From Pseudomonadota bacterium (GTDB taxonomy: Bacteria > Pseudomonadota > Alphaproteobacteria > Acetobacterales > Acetobacteraceae), in the NCBI GenBank assembly GCA_021808985.1, contig JAKBAQ010000001.1, forward strand, positions 1 to 49,284: 49,284 nucleotides of DNA, given 5' to 3'. Position 1 is the first letter of the stretch, and each line of letters starts with the position of its first letter. This document shows positions 21,887 through 32,777 of this stretch, one piece after another. The notes below the pieces were generated by a model. That model was given only the letters and a program-made list of their open reading frames with translations, had not been told where the DNA came from and made no database searches. The position numbers were made by a program, and so were the translations under genes.

Positions 21887-22893
21887 CTCACATCATCGCC
21901 GGCAACGGCCCCAGCGCCTTGTTTGAGCGTATGTCCCTGCTGCTCTCCCATAACGGCCATCACGTATTCCCGGTCATCAGCCCCGACCCCGGGCTGGAGC
22001 TGCGCCTGCGCACCGGCGCCCTCCCACCGATGACTCTTGAATTCGGCGGCATGCTCGATTTCGCAACCCTGCGCGGCCTGCGCGAGGTTTTGCAGGCCCG
22101 CAACGCCCAGGTCGCCCTGGCCTGGACCGCCCGCGCCGCCTCCTTTCTCCCGCGCGGCGCATGGATCAATGTGGGCCGGCTCGACGGCTATTACGGCCGC
22201 AACGAATTTGGCCATTGCGCCTACCTGGCGGGCAGCACCCAGGGCATCGTCAACCATATCGTCCAAACCGGCTTTCCCGCCGCCAAGGTGCTCTACCTGC
22301 CTGATTTCGTGGAGGATTTCATCCGCGAAGACCCTGCCCGCCGCGCCGCCCTCGGCGTGCCGGAGGCCGCCCCGCTGCTGCTCGGCCTGGGCCCGCTGGA
22401 GCGCAGCCGCGGGTTTGACACATTAATCAACGCCCTCTCCCATCTGCCTGAAGCCTACTGCCTCATCGCGGGCGAGGGGCCAGAACGCCCGGCGCTGGAG
22501 AAGCTGATCGCGCAGCTGCGCCTGGAGCAGCGGGTGCGCCTGCTCGGCCCCCGGCGCGACACTGGCGCCCTCCTGAAGGCGGCTGACGTATTCGTCTGCC
22601 CGGCCCGCCAGCGCCCGCTGGGTGCCGCGGTGCTGGAGGCGTTCTCCGCCCAAACCCCGGTGCTGGCCACCGACGCCGAAGGCCCCCACAGCATCGTGCG
22701 TGACGGCGAGGACGGGCTCCTGGTCCCCGCCGGCGATGCCGCCGCCCTGGCCGCCGCCGCCGGCCAGATTTTGCACAATACCCGCCTGCGGGTAAAACTC
22801 GCGCTGGCGGCGCGCCAGCGCTTCGCCGGAGATTTCTCGCCCCGCGCCGTGCTCGGCATCTGGCTTGAAAATCTGCAGAAACTGCTGCCGTGA
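21877..22893 (+). CDS. GT4 glycosyltransferase (LPS core-type)
   Basis: GEGPER, ADVFVCP..LEAFS..PVLAT, DGLLVP. Confidence 0.82.
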   Translation: MRIAHIIAGNGPSALFERMSLLLSHNGHHVFPVISPDPGLELRLRTGALPPMTLEFGGMLDFATLRGLREVLQARNAQVALAWTARAASFLPRGAWINVGRLDGYYGRNEFGHCAYLAGSTQGIVNHIVQTGFPAAKVLYLPDFVEDFIREDPARRAALGVPEAAPLLLGLGPLERSRGFDTLINALSHLPEAYCLIAGEGPERPALEKLIAQLRLEQRVRLLGPRRDTGALLKAADVFVCPARQRPLGAAVLEAFSAQTPVLATDAEGPHSIVRDGEDGLLVPAGDAAALAAAAGQILHNTRLRVKLALAARQRFAGDFSPRAVLGIWLENLQKLLP

Positions 22894-22924
22894 TACGCGC
22901 TGATTCCATGGATGTGAGGCTGAT

Positions 22925-24250
22925 ATGAGTTTGGATCTTCTGTTGCGAAACGGCACCGTGGTTCTGCCCTGGGGCGAGGTCCAGGCCGATATCGGCGTGC
23001 GCGCCGGCCACATCGCCGCCATCGGCAAAAACCTCGGCCCCGCCGCCCAGGTGTTTGACGCATCGCACCTGCACGTGCTCCCCGGGGTGATCGACCCGCA
23101 CGTCCATTTCCGCGATGGCGGCATGGGCGGCATCCCCGGCGTGGAAGACATGCGCTCCGGCACGCTGGGCGCGGTGCTGGGCGGCGTCACCTGCGTGTTT
23201 GACATGCCAAACACCACCCCCGCCGCCACCGATATCGAGAACCTCCAGCGCAAGCACGACTATATCGCCGGCCGCGCCTATTGCGATGTCGGCATTTATG
23301 TCGGCGCCAACAAGCAGAATATCGAGCAGCTCGGCCTGATGGAGTCCATGCCCGGCGTGTGCGGCATCAAGGTGTTCGCCGGCTCCTCCACTGGCAACCT
23401 CCTGGTCGAGGATGACGCCAGCATCGAGCGTGTGCTGCGCGGCGGCCGGCGCCGGGTTTCCTTCCACTCCGAGGATGAATACCGCCTGGTCGAGCGCAAA
23501 TCCCGCTTCACCTGCGGCGACCCCTATGCCAGCCACGCCGAATGGCGCGACCCGGAATGCGCCTTCCTCGGCACCCGCCGCGTCGCCGCCCTGGCGGTCA
23601 AGACAGGCCGCCCCGTGCACATCCTGCACGTCTCCACCGAGGAGGAATTCGCCTACCTCAAGGATTATCGCGCCCTCGTCACCACCGAGGTCCTGCTCAA
23701 CCACCTCGTCCAGTCCGCGCCTGACATTTACGACCGCCTCGGCCCCTACGGCGTGATGAACCCGCCCGTGCGTGACGAGCGCCACCGCCTCGCCGCCTGG
23801 GCCGCCATCGCCGACGGCACGGTCGACACCCTGGCCTCCGACCATGCCCCCCACTCCAAGGCGGCGAAGGAAAAACCCTGGCCGGACTGCGCCTCCGGCA
23901 TGACCGGCGTGCAAACCCTCCTGCCGATGATGCTGGAGCAGGTCGCCCAGGGCCGTCTCTCCCTGCTGCGCCTCACAGATCTGATGTCCGCCGGCCCCGC
24001 GCGGGTATACGGCGCGGTCAACAAGGGCCGCATCGCCGCCGGATACGACGCCGATTTCTCCATCGTTGACCTGCGGGCCACCCGCAAGATCGAAAAATCA
24101 TGGATCGCCAGCCAATGCGGCTGGACACCTTTCGAAGGCGTCTCCTGCACCGGCTGGCCCGTTGCCAGCGTGGTGCGCGGCCAGATCGTGATGCGCGACG
24201 GCGCGGTGGAGGGCGAACCGCAGGGCCGGGCGATGAGCTTCCGCTCATAA
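22925..24250 (+). CDS. pyrC: Dihydroorotase
   Basis: PGVIDPHVHFR, DMPNT, MNPPVR, SDHAPH, GYDAD. Confidence 0.88.
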   Translation: MSLDLLLRNGTVVLPWGEVQADIGVRAGHIAAIGKNLGPAAQVFDASHLHVLPGVIDPHVHFRDGGMGGIPGVEDMRSGTLGAVLGGVTCVFDMPNTTPAATDIENLQRKHDYIAGRAYCDVGIYVGANKQNIEQLGLMESMPGVCGIKVFAGSSTGNLLVEDDASIERVLRGGRRRVSFHSEDEYRLVERKSRFTCGDPYASHAEWRDPECAFLGTRRVAALAVKTGRPVHILHVSTEEEFAYLKDYRALVTTEVLLNHLVQSAPDIYDRLGPYGVMNPPVRDERHRLAAWAAIADGTVDTLASDHAPHSKAAKEKPWPDCASGMTGVQTLLPMMLEQVAQGRLSLLRLTDLMSAGPARVYGAVNKGRIAAGYDADFSIVDLRATRKIEKSWIASQCGWTPFEGVSCTGWPVASVVRGQIVMRDGAVEGEPQGRAMSFRS

Positions 24251-24270
24251 CCCGCCCCGCCGGGCGCGCC

Positions 24271-25722
24271 CTAACCCAGCTGCTTCTTCACTTCCTCGTT
24301 CACCAGGGCGGGGTTTCCCTTGCCCTGCATGGCCTTCATCACCTGGCCCACGAAGAAGCCGAACAGTTTATCCTTCCCGGCCTTATACTCAGCCACCTTG
24401 TCCGGGTTGGCCGCCAGCACCTGCGCCACCGCCGCCTCAATTGCGCCGGTATCCGTCACCTGCCGCAGCCCCTTTTCCTCCACAATCGCGCCAGGCGGCT
24501 TGCCGCTCTCCACCATCTCCTCGAACACATCCTTGGCGATGCGCCCATTGATGGTCTTGTCCGCAATCAGGTCGATCAGCTCGCCCAGCGCCGCGCCCGA
24601 GACCGGCGGATTCTCGATCGACCTTCCCGTCCGGTTCATGGCGGCGAAGAAATCGCCTGAAATCCAGTTGGCGGCCAGCCGCGCATCACGCCCCTTGGCC
24701 ACGCTCTCATAAAAATCCGCCGTCGCCTGCTCGGCGACCAGCACGCCCGCATCATAAAACGGAATGCCATACTCCTCGCAGAAGCGCCGGCGCTTCTCAT
24801 CTGGCAGCTCCGGCAGCTCCGCCTTCAGCCCGGCCACGAACGCCTCCTCAAGCACCAGCGGCAGCAGGTCCGGCTCCGGAAAATACCTGTAATCATGCGC
24901 GTCTTCCTTGGAGCGCATGGAGCGCGTCTCACCGCGCGCGGGATCATACAGCCGGGTCTCCTGGCGCACCTCGCCGCCCGATTCCCAGACCTCGATCTGG
25001 CGCAGTGCCTCCGCCTCCACCGCATGCATCACGAAGCGCACGGAGTTGACATTCTTGATCTCGCAGCGCGTGCGGAACGCCTCGCCCGGCTTGCGCACCG
25101 AGACGTTGACATCCGCGCGCATGGAGCCTTCCTCCATATTGCCGTCGCACGTGCCGAGATAGCGCAGGATCTGCCGGATCTTGCGCAAATACGCGCCGGC
25201 CTCCTCGGGCGAGCGGATGTCCGGCTCGGAGACGATTTCCATCAGCGCCACGCCGGCGCGGTTGAGGTCGATCACCGATTTGGAAACATGCTGGTCATGC
25301 ATGGATTTACCCGCATCCTGCTCCAGATGCAGCCGGGTGATGCCGATATGCTTGATCGTGCCGTCCTGCAGCTCGATCTCGACATCGCCGGTGCCCACGA
25401 TCGGCTGCTCGAACTGGCTGATCTGATAGCCATTGGGCAGATCGGCATAAAAATAGTTCTTGCGGTCAAAGCGCGAGACGAGGTTGATCTGCGCCTTCAG
25501 CCCCAGCCCGGTGCGCACCGCCTGGGCCACGCATTCGCGGTTGATGACCGGCAGCATCCCGGGAAAGCCCGCATCCACGAAGCTGACATGCGCATTGGGC
25601 GCGCCGCCATAAGTGGCCGAGGCGCCGGAGAAGAGTTTTGACTCCGATATGACCTGCGCGTGGATTTCCAGCCCGCACACAATCTCCCAGGTCCCGGTTT
25701 TTCCTTCGAGGCTGTAAGCCAT
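24271..25722 (-). CDS. gatB: Asp/Glu-tRNA amidotransferase subunit B
   Basis: [36 protein letters not shown]. Confidence 0.98.
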   Translation of the reverse strand: MAYSLEGKTGTWEIVCGLEIHAQVISESKLFSGASATYGGAPNAHVSFVDAGFPGMLPVINRECVAQAVRTGLGLKAQINLVSRFDRKNYFYADLPNGYQISQFEQPIVGTGDVEIELQDGTIKHIGITRLHLEQDAGKSMHDQHVSKSVIDLNRAGVALMEIVSEPDIRSPEEAGAYLRKIRQILRYLGTCDGNMEEGSMRADVNVSVRKPGEAFRTRCEIKNVNSVRFVMHAVEAEALRQIEVWESGGEVRQETRLYDPARGETRSMRSKEDAHDYRYFPEPDLLPLVLEEAFVAGLKAELPELPDEKRRRFCEEYGIPFYDAGVLVAEQATADFYESVAKGRDARLAANWISGDFFAAMNRTGRSIENPPVSGAALGELIDLIADKTINGRIAKDVFEEMVESGKPPGAIVEEKGLRQVTDTGAIEAAVAQVLAANPDKVAEYKAGKDKLFGFFVGQVMKAMQGKGNPALVNEEVKKQLG

Positions 25723-27197
25723 TATTCCGCCCTCACGCTTGGCATGGCGGTAAATCCGGCCGCGCGCTCCAGCGCCGCCGAAACCGCGAAGACCGTCTCT
25801 TCATCAAAATGCTTGCCGATCACCTGCAAGCCCAGCGGCAGCCCCTCGGCGTTCAGCCCGGCGGGAATGCTCATGGCCGGAACACCGGCGAGCGAGGCCG
25901 GCACGGTGAATACGTCGTTCAGATACATCGTCACCGGATCATCCATCTTCTCGCCCAGGCCAAACGCCGCCGAGGGCGCGGTGGGCGTGAGAATGGCGTC
26001 CACTTTCTCAAAGGCGTTGTTGAAGTCGCGCAGAATCAGGTTACGGACCTTCTGCGCCTTTAAATAATACGCGTCGTAATAGCCGTGCGAGAGCACATAC
26101 GTCCCGATCATGATCCGCCGCTTCACCTCCGGGCCAAACCCCGCGGCGCGGGTGCGCTCATACATGTCGATCAGGTCTTCCCCATCCACCCGCGCGCCAA
26201 AGCGCACGCCATCATAGCGCGCGAGGTTGGATGACGCCTCCGCCGGCGCGACGATATAATACACCGCCAGGCCGTATTTGGTGTGCGGCAGCGAGATGTC
26301 GACGATCTCGGCCCCCTGTTCGCGCAGCCAGGCCACGCCGCGCTCCCACAAGGCGGCAATTTCGGCGCTCATGCCATCCATGCGGTATTCCGCCGGAATG
26401 CCAATCCGCAACCCCTTCACCCCGCGCGCGATGGCGGCGCCAAAATCCGGCACCGCGCGCGCCGCGCTGGTGGAATCATGCGCATCGAAGCCCGACATCG
26501 CGCCGAGCAAAATGGCGCAATCCTCAACGCTGCGCGCCATCGGCCCCGCCTGGTCGAGCGAGGAGGCGAAGGCGACGATGCCATAGCGCGAGCAGCGGCC
26601 ATAGGTGGGTTTGATGCCCGCCAGCCCGGTGAAGGCGGCAGGCTGGCGGATGGAGCCGCCGGTATCCGTCCCCGTGGCGCCCATGGCGAGCCGCGCCGCC
26701 ACCGCCGCCGCCGACCCGCCCGAAGAGCCGCCCGGCACCAGCCTGGCCTCCGAGCCGTTGCGCTTCCACGGATTCTCCACCGGGCCATAGCCGGAGGTGA
26801 TGTTGGAGGAGCCCATGGCGAATTCATCCAGATTCGCCTTGCCAAGGCACACCGTCCCCGCCTCCAGCAGCTGGCGCGTCACCGTGCTCTCATAGGGCGG
26901 CACGAAAGGCTCCAGAATTTTGCTGGCCGCCGTGGTGCGCACCCCGGCGGTGCAGAACAGGTCTTTGATCGCCAGCGGAATGCCGGTGAGCGGCCCCGCG
27001 CTGCCGGCGGCTATGCGCGCATCCGCCGCCTTGGCCTGCGCCAAGGCCAGTTCCGGCGTCACGGTTATATACGCGTTCAGCCGCGGGTTCAGCGCCGCGA
27101 TGGCGGCGTTATGCGCGGCGGTCAGCTCCACGGCGGAGAATTTTTTTGCGCCCAGGGCCCGCGCGGCCTCGGCGATGGTCAGGTTCAGCAGGCTCAT
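25722..27197 (-). CDS. gatA: Asp/Glu-tRNA amidotransferase subunit A
   Basis: [29 protein letters not shown]. Confidence 0.98.
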   Translation of the reverse strand: MSLLNLTIAEAARALGAKKFSAVELTAAHNAAIAALNPRLNAYITVTPELALAQAKAADARIAAGSAGPLTGIPLAIKDLFCTAGVRTTAASKILEPFVPPYESTVTRQLLEAGTVCLGKANLDEFAMGSSNITSGYGPVENPWKRNGSEARLVPGGSSGGSAAAVAARLAMGATGTDTGGSIRQPAAFTGLAGIKPTYGRCSRYGIVAFASSLDQAGPMARSVEDCAILLGAMSGFDAHDSTSAARAVPDFGAAIARGVKGLRIGIPAEYRMDGMSAEIAALWERGVAWLREQGAEIVDISLPHTKYGLAVYYIVAPAEASSNLARYDGVRFGARVDGEDLIDMYERTRAAGFGPEVKRRIMIGTYVLSHGYYDAYYLKAQKVRNLILRDFNNAFEKVDAILTPTAPSAAFGLGEKMDDPVTMYLNDVFTVPASLAGVPAMSIPAGLNAEGLPLGLQVIGKHFDEETVFAVSAALERAAGFTAMPSVRAE

Positions 27198-27481
27198 TCC
27201 ACAACTTTCGGTACGGCGAAAAACGGCCCGACTCGGTCGGGCGCATTGGCCAGGATGTTTTCGGCTTGCTCGCCGTCGGTCACGGTGTCCTCGCGCAGGC
27301 GCATGGCCATCTGCGCCCCGCCCGAGAGCGGGGCCACGCCATCCACGTTCACCTCGTTCAACTGGTCCACATAGCCCAGAATTGCGTTCAATTCGGTTTG
27401 CAGCACGCCAACCTCGGCGTCATCGACGCGGATTCTGGCCAGTTTCGCAATCCGGCGTACCGTTGCGCTATCGAGCGACAT
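27194..27481 (-). CDS. gatC: Asp/Glu-tRNA amidotransferase subunit C
   Basis: [20 protein letters not shown]. Confidence 0.95.
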   Translation of the reverse strand: MSLDSATVRRIAKLARIRVDDAEVGVLQTELNAILGYVDQLNEVNVDGVAPLSGGAQMAMRLREDTVTDGEQAENILANAPDRVGPFFAVPKVVE

Positions 27482-27527
27482 CAATAATCCCTTGGGTTTA
27501 AACTCTGGCCGGACCATAACCGCGCGC

Positions 27528-27989
27528 ATGGCGCTCTTCAACCTCACCGACCTCACGGCTCATCTCCCCCCCGGCGCGCGGCTCATCGGGCTGGACCCCG
27601 GCGCCGCGCGCATCGGCGTGGCGCTCTCCGATGTCGGCCGCCAGATCGCCAGCCCCTACGCCACGCTGCGCCGGGCCAAGCTCAAGCAGAACGCGGCGGA
27701 AGTGGCGGCGATTGCGGTGCGCGAAGGGGCAGGGGGGCTCATCATCGGCCTGCCGCTGGACGATGAGCAGAAACTCGGCCCCCGCGCCCAGGCCGCGCGC
27801 GACTGGGCGCACGCCATGAGCGCGGCCACCGGCCTGCCCGCGGCCCTGGTGGATGAGAGTTTCACCACCGCTGACGCGCATGAGCGCATGATAGAGGCCG
27901 GCCTGAGCCGTGCGCGCCGCGGCGAGATCATCGACAAAGCCGCCGCCGCCGCCATACTGCAAGCGGCGCTGGACGCGATGCGGCGCTAA
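27528..27989 (+). CDS. ruvX: Holliday junction resolvase-like / pre-16S rRNA nuclease RuvX (YqgF)
   Basis: GLDPG..IGVALSD, IGLP, DESFTT, D..AAAAILQ; divergent from gatC as usual. Confidence 0.92.
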   Translation: MALFNLTDLTAHLPPGARLIGLDPGAARIGVALSDVGRQIASPYATLRRAKLKQNAAEVAAIAVREGAGGLIIGLPLDDEQKLGPRAQAARDWAHAMSAATGLPAALVDESFTTADAHERMIEAGLSRARRGEIIDKAAAAAILQAALDAMRR

Positions 27990-28002
27990 CCCCGCGCCCC
28001 GC

Positions 28003-29004
28003 TCAGCCCATCATCTCGCGCGCCAGCAACTCATAGGAGCGCTGCCGCGCCGCCGGATCATACGCGGTGGTGGTTATCACCAATTCCGCGATTCCGGTCT
28101 CGGCCGCCAGCGCGCGCAGCCGCGCCGCCACATCCGGCGCCGTGCCGGTAAAGGCCCGCTCCTTGCGCCGTGCCGCCCTGGCGCGCTGCTCCTCGGTAAA
28201 GGGAAACGCCGCCGCCTCCTCCGGCGAGAGCTGGGCGGTGAACCTGCCCTGGTCGCGCAGCACGCTGAACACCGCGCGCGACTGGTAGAAATAATCCGCA
28301 GTCTCCTGCGTATCGGCGGCGAAGGCCCACACCGTTATGGCCGCGTGCGGCGCGGTCAGCAGCTCGGAGGGTTTGAAGTTTTCCCGGTAGATATCCAGCG
28401 CCTCCTGCGCCCCCTGTCCCTCCGAGAAGAAATAGGCGAAGCAATATGGCAGGCCGAAATGCGCCGCCAGCTGCGCGCCGTAGTTGGAGCTGCCCAGAAT
28501 CCACAGCTCCGGGGCGTAGGGGCCGGAGGGTTCGGCGCGCACGGTGCGAAAGGGGTGGGACTCGGGCAGCGGCCCGCCGGAGGCCCAGGCATATAAATCC
28601 CGCACCTGCGCGGGAAAATTCTCCGCCATGCCGCCCGCGCTGGGATTCAGCGCCATGGCCGTGCGCCCATCGGTGCCCGGCGCGCGGCCCACCCCCATGT
28701 CGATCCGCCCCGGCGCGATGGCCTCCAGCACCCGGAACTGCTCAGCCACCTTGAAGGCCGAATAATGCGGCAGCATGATGCCAGCGCTGCCCACCCTTAT
28801 GCGCGCCGTGGTGGCGGCGATGGCGGCCATGAGTATCTCCGGCGCGCTGCCCGCCACCGCCTCGGAGCCATGGTGCTCGGAGAGCCAGTAGCGATGATAC
28901 CCATAAGCCTCGCAGGCCCTGGCCAGCTCCAGGGATTCCCGAATCGTCGCATCCGGCGAAACACCACTGCGGTTGGGTGACTGGTCAAGCACCGAGAGCC
29001 TCAT
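28003..29004 (-). CDS. Luciferase-like (LLM) flavin-dependent oxidoreductase
   Basis: LSVLDQSP, WLSEHH, GSAGIMLPHYS, PGRIDMGVGRAPG. Confidence 0.9.
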   Translation of the reverse strand: MRLSVLDQSPNRSGVSPDATIRESLELARACEAYGYHRYWLSEHHGSEAVAGSAPEILMAAIAATTARIRVGSAGIMLPHYSAFKVAEQFRVLEAIAPGRIDMGVGRAPGTDGRTAMALNPSAGGMAENFPAQVRDLYAWASGGPLPESHPFRTVRAEPSGPYAPELWILGSSNYGAQLAAHFGLPYCFAYFFSEGQGAQEALDIYRENFKPSELLTAPHAAITVWAFAADTQETADYFYQSRAVFSVLRDQGRFTAQLSPEEAAAFPFTEEQRARAARRKERAFTGTAPDVAARLRALAAETGIAELVITTTAYDPAARQRSYELLAREMMG

Positions 29005-29651
29005 GCGCCGAACACCTTGCCGAAATTCCTGATCAGCGCCGCATCCACCTCGGCCATCCCCGCATCCACCCCCAGCGCCGCCAGGCTGGTCACCCCAAAT
29101 TCGCTGATCCCGCAGGGGATAATGCCGGAAAAATGCGACAAATCCGGATTCACGTTCAGCGCCAGCCCGTGCCAGCTCACCCAGCGGCTCACCCGTACGC
29201 CGATGGCGCCAATTTTCTCCTCCCGCCCGCCATTCACCACCCAGATTCCCACGCGCCCCTTGCGCGTCTCACCCGTTATGCCGAAATCCCGCAGCGTCTC
29301 GATCACCCAGCGCTCCAGCCCCGCCACATAGCAGCGTATATCCCGCGCCGGGATGCTCCCATGCGGCTCGTTCAGGTCCAGCATGGCATAAATCACCCGC
29401 TGGCCGGGGCCATGATAGGTCCACTGCCCGCCGCGCCCGGCGCTGTAGGTGGGGAATCGGGCCGGGTCCTTCAGGCCGGACTCGGCGGCCGACGTGCCCG
29501 CCGTATAGAGCGGCGGATGCTCCACGAACCATAAAAGCTCGCCCTGCGTGCCCTCGCGGATGGCGCCAATCCGCTCGCGCATCAGAGAAATGGCCGTTTC
29601 ATAGGGGGTGAGGCCAGATTCCACCCGTACAGTTGCCGTCAATTTATCCAT
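29001..29651 (-). CDS. lipB: Lipoyl(octanoyl) transferase
   Basis: EHPPLYTAG, RGGQWTYHGPGQ, KIGAIG, HGLALN, PCGI. Confidence 0.96.
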   Translation of the reverse strand: MDKLTATVRVESGLTPYETAISLMRERIGAIREGTQGELLWFVEHPPLYTAGTSAAESGLKDPARFPTYSAGRGGQWTYHGPGQRVIYAMLDLNEPHGSIPARDIRCYVAGLERWVIETLRDFGITGETRKGRVGIWVVNGGREEKIGAIGVRVSRWVSWHGLALNVNPDLSHFSGIIPCGISEFGVTSLAALGVDAGMAEVDAALIRNFGKVFGA

Positions 29652-29661
29652 GGTCTATAGG
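29633..29661 (+). promoter_or_regulatory. Putative sigma70 promoter for tRNA-Leu, overlapping the lipB 5' end
   Basis: TTGCCG-N17-TATAGG. Confidence 0.5.
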
Positions 29662-29700
29662 CTCCGGGCGCCAGGCGAGAGCCGGGCGGTTTCGTGCGAT

Positions 29701-29786
29701 GCGGTCGTGGCGAAATGGTAGACGCGCAAGCTTGAGGTGCTTGTGGGGGAAACCCCTTGGAAGTTCGAGTCTTCTCGACCGCACCA
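29701..29786 (+). tRNA. tRNA-Leu (GAG)
   Basis: Acceptor stem GCGGTCG/CGACCGC, D-loop TGGTAGAC, anticodon arm CAAGC-TTGAGGT-GCTTG, long variable arm, GTTCGAGT, encoded CCA. Confidence 0.96.
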
Positions 29787-29888
29787 TCTTTCTTCTCAAC
29801 CCCCGAACGGTTATGGCAGACCCGCTGTCTGACACATTCGGCTGGCGCCTGAAACTGGGTATGCAGGCCAACTTGATTGGAGAAAGTC

Positions 29889-32165
29889 ATGGATGATGAT
29901 TTACGCAAGGCCGCGCTAGAATACCACCGCTCTCCGCGCCCCGGAAAACTGGCGATCACGGCGACCAAGCGCATGGAAACCTCGCGTGACCTTTCGCTGG
30001 CCTATTCTCCAGGCGTGGCCGCGGCGTGCGACGCCATCGTCGCCGACCCCGACACCTCGTTTGACCTCACCTCCCGCGCTAACCTCGTCGGCGTCATCAC
30101 CAACGGCACGGCGGTGCTGGGCCTGGGCAACATCGGCGCCCTGGCCGGCAAGCCGGTAATGGAGGGCAAGGCCGTCCTGTTCAAGAAATTCGCCGGCATC
30201 GATTCGTTCGACATCGAGGTGAACGAGCAGAACCCGGACAAGTTCATCGAAATCGTGGCCTCCCTAGAGCCGAGCTTCGGCGGCATCAATCTCGAGGACA
30301 TCAAGGCCCCGGAATGCTTCCATATTGAGCAAACCCTGCGCGCGCGCATGCAGATCCCCGTCTTCCACGACGATCAGCACGGCACCGCCATCATCGTCGG
30401 CGCGGCGGTGCTCAACGCCATCACGCTGCAAGGCAAAAACATCGCCGAGGTGAAAATCGTCACCTCCGGCGCTGGCGCCGCGGCGCTCTCCTGCGTCAAC
30501 ATCCTGCTCTCCCTCGGCGCCAGGCCGCAAAACATCACGATGACCGACAAGGAAGGCGTGATCTATATCGGCCGCCCGAATCTCGACCCCACGCTCGAAC
30601 ACGTCGCCCGCCAGACCGACGCGCGCGTGCTGCACGAGGTCCTGGCCGGGGCGGATATTTTTCTCGGCCTCTCCGCGCCGCGCGTGCTGCGGCAGGAATG
30701 GCTGAGCCTGCTGGCCCCCAACCCGCTCATCCTGGCCCTGGCCAACCCCGAGCCCGAGATCCTGCCCGAACTGGTGATGGAAGCGCGCCCCGACGCGATC
30801 ATGGCGACGGGGCGCTCGGATTTTCCCAACCAGGTCAACAACGTGCTCTGCTTCCCCTTCATCTTCCGCGGCGCGCTGGATGTGCGGGCGACCGCCATCA
30901 CCGAGAGCATGAAGCTGGCGGCGGTCGAGGCCATCGCCGAGCTGGCGCGGGTGGAAGCCTCCGAGACCGTGGCGGCCGCCTATGGCGGCGCCGCGCCAAC
31001 CTTCGGCCCCGAATACATCATCCCCAAACCGTTTGACCCGCGGCTGATCCTGCACATCGCCCCGGCCGTCGCCCGCGCGGCGATGGAAGCCGGCGTCGCG
31101 CGCAAGCCCATCGAGGATTTTGACGCCTACCAGCACGAGCTGGAGCGTTTCGTCTTCCGCTCCGGCCAGCTCCTGCGCCCGGTCATCGAGGTCGCCCGCA
31201 AGGCGCACCCGCGCATCGTCTATGCCGAGGGCGAGGACGAGCGCACCCTGCGCGCGGTGCAAAGCGTGCTGGACGACCGCCTGGCCCAGCCCGTCCTGGT
31301 CGGCCGCACCCCGGTCATCACCGCCAAAATCGCCAGCCTCGGCCTGCGCATGCGCCCCGGCCAGGATGTCCGCATCGTCGATTTTGACCAGGACAAGCCC
31401 CTCTTCACGAAAGTCCTGGCTGACTATCAAAAACGCGTCGGCCGGCGCGGCGTGCCGCCGGAATGGGCGGCGCGGCACCTGCGCAAGCGCCCCACCGTCG
31501 CCGCCGGCATGCTGCTGGCCCTGGGCGAGGCCGAGGCCGCCATCTGCGGCGCCACGGGCGACTGGTGGCGCCAGTTCCAGTACGCCCTGCCGATCATCCC
31601 GCGCTGCGCCGGCGCCACCCGCGTCTACGCGATGACGGCGCTGATCGTGCAAGCCGGCGTGCTCTTCTTCTGCGACACGCACGTCAACGCCGACCCCACG
31701 GCCGAAGAGCTGGCGGAGATGACCCATCTCGCCGCCCAGGTGGTGCATCGCTTTGGCATCACGCCAAAGGTGGCGCTGCTCTCGCACTCCAATTTCGGCG
31801 CCTCCAACTCGCCCTCCGCGCGCAAGATGCGCGCCGCCCTGGCGCTCATCCGCGCGCAGGACCCCGATCTCGAAATTGACGGCGAAATGCATGGCGACGC
31901 CGCTCTGGTCGAACAAATCCGCGCCCAGGCGCTGCCCGATTCAACCCTGAGCGGCGCCGCCAACCTGGTCATCTTCCCGAATATTGACGCCGCCAACATC
32001 TCCTTCAACCTCATCAAGGCCATCGCCGAGGGCGTCACCGTCGGCCCCATGCTGCTCGGCCTCAACAAGCCCCTCCACATCGCCGTGCCAAGCGCAACCG
32101 CGCGCGGCATCGCCAACCTCTCCGCCGTCGCCGCGATGGAAGCGGCCCTCATCGAGAAAAAATAG
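29889..32165 (+). CDS. maeB: NADP-dependent malic enzyme with PTA-like C-terminal domain
   Basis: [60 protein letters not shown]. Confidence 0.96.
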   Translation: MDDDLRKAALEYHRSPRPGKLAITATKRMETSRDLSLAYSPGVAAACDAIVADPDTSFDLTSRANLVGVITNGTAVLGLGNIGALAGKPVMEGKAVLFKKFAGIDSFDIEVNEQNPDKFIEIVASLEPSFGGINLEDIKAPECFHIEQTLRARMQIPVFHDDQHGTAIIVGAAVLNAITLQGKNIAEVKIVTSGAGAAALSCVNILLSLGARPQNITMTDKEGVIYIGRPNLDPTLEHVARQTDARVLHEVLAGADIFLGLSAPRVLRQEWLSLLAPNPLILALANPEPEILPELVMEARPDAIMATGRSDFPNQVNNVLCFPFIFRGALDVRATAITESMKLAAVEAIAELARVEASETVAAAYGGAAPTFGPEYIIPKPFDPRLILHIAPAVARAAMEAGVARKPIEDFDAYQHELERFVFRSGQLLRPVIEVARKAHPRIVYAEGEDERTLRAVQSVLDDRLAQPVLVGRTPVITAKIASLGLRMRPGQDVRIVDFDQDKPLFTKVLADYQKRVGRRGVPPEWAARHLRKRPTVAAGMLLALGEAEAAICGATGDWWRQFQYALPIIPRCAGATRVYAMTALIVQAGVLFFCDTHVNADPTAEELAEMTHLAAQVVHRFGITPKVALLSHSNFGASNSPSARKMRAALALIRAQDPDLEIDGEMHGDAALVEQIRAQALPDSTLSGAANLVIFPNIDAANISFNLIKAIAEGVTVGPMLLGLNKPLHIAVPSATARGIANLSAVAAMEAALIEKK

Positions 32166-32187
32166 CCCACACCTGCATGTCTTCAAA

Positions 32188-32210
32188 GGCGGGCGGATAT
32201 TCCGTCCGCC
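32188..32210. repeat. GC-rich hairpin after maeB
   Basis: GGCGGGCGGA-tat-TCCGTCCGCC; no U-tract. Confidence 0.5.
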
Positions 32211-32324
32211 CACCCCTCAATTCTTAACCACGCATGGCCAATGGCGGTTTCCCACCGTCGCATTAGCCGTTGATTAATATCTTCCCGTTAAACCCTGCGC
32301 ATATCAACCATTGGAGATTTGCGC

Positions 32325-32777
32325 ATGGAAGCCGATGCCAAGGATCGTTTCGCCATCGTGGAGCAACTCGGCCGCGATGCCGCCCTGGCTGAGCGCGGCA
32401 TCGCCGCCCCGGCGGAGCCGCTGGCCCCGGCATCAGCCCGGCAGCACACCCGCCCCTGGGGATTTTATGAAAGCCTGAGCAATGGCGGCCGCTTCCAGGT
32501 GAAGCGCATCGTCGTCATGCCCGGCCAGCAATTATCGTTGCAGAAGCATTTTCACCGTTCCGAGCATTGGGTGGTGGTGGAAGGCACCGCCGCCGTCACC
32601 CGCGATGGCCTCAGCCTCATGCTGGGCGAGAATGAGTGCATCTATCTGCCCGCCGGCTGCGTCCACCGCCTGGAAAATCCCGGCCGCATCCCCCTCACGA
32701 TCATCGAGGTGCAAACCGGCGCCTATCTCGGTGAGGACGACATCGTGCGCCTGGAGGATAATTATGGCCGAGCTTAA
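32325..32777 (+). CDS. Stand-alone type II phosphomannose isomerase cupin domain (C-terminal domain of ManC/AlgA)
   Basis: [53 protein letters not shown]. Confidence 0.88.
   Translation: MEADAKDRFAIVEQLGRDAALAERGIAAPAEPLAPASARQHTRPWGFYESLSNGGRFQVKRIVVMPGQQLSLQKHFHRSEHWVVVEGTAAVTRDGLSLMLGENECIYLPAGCVHRLENPGRIPLTIIEVQTGAYLGEDDIVRLEDNYGRA

Noticed and set aside
30264-31916. 550-aa minus ORF and similar long shadow ORFs (e.g. 22463-23914, 47824-49077)
   Set aside because: All lie opposite well-supported genes and have no recognisable domains.
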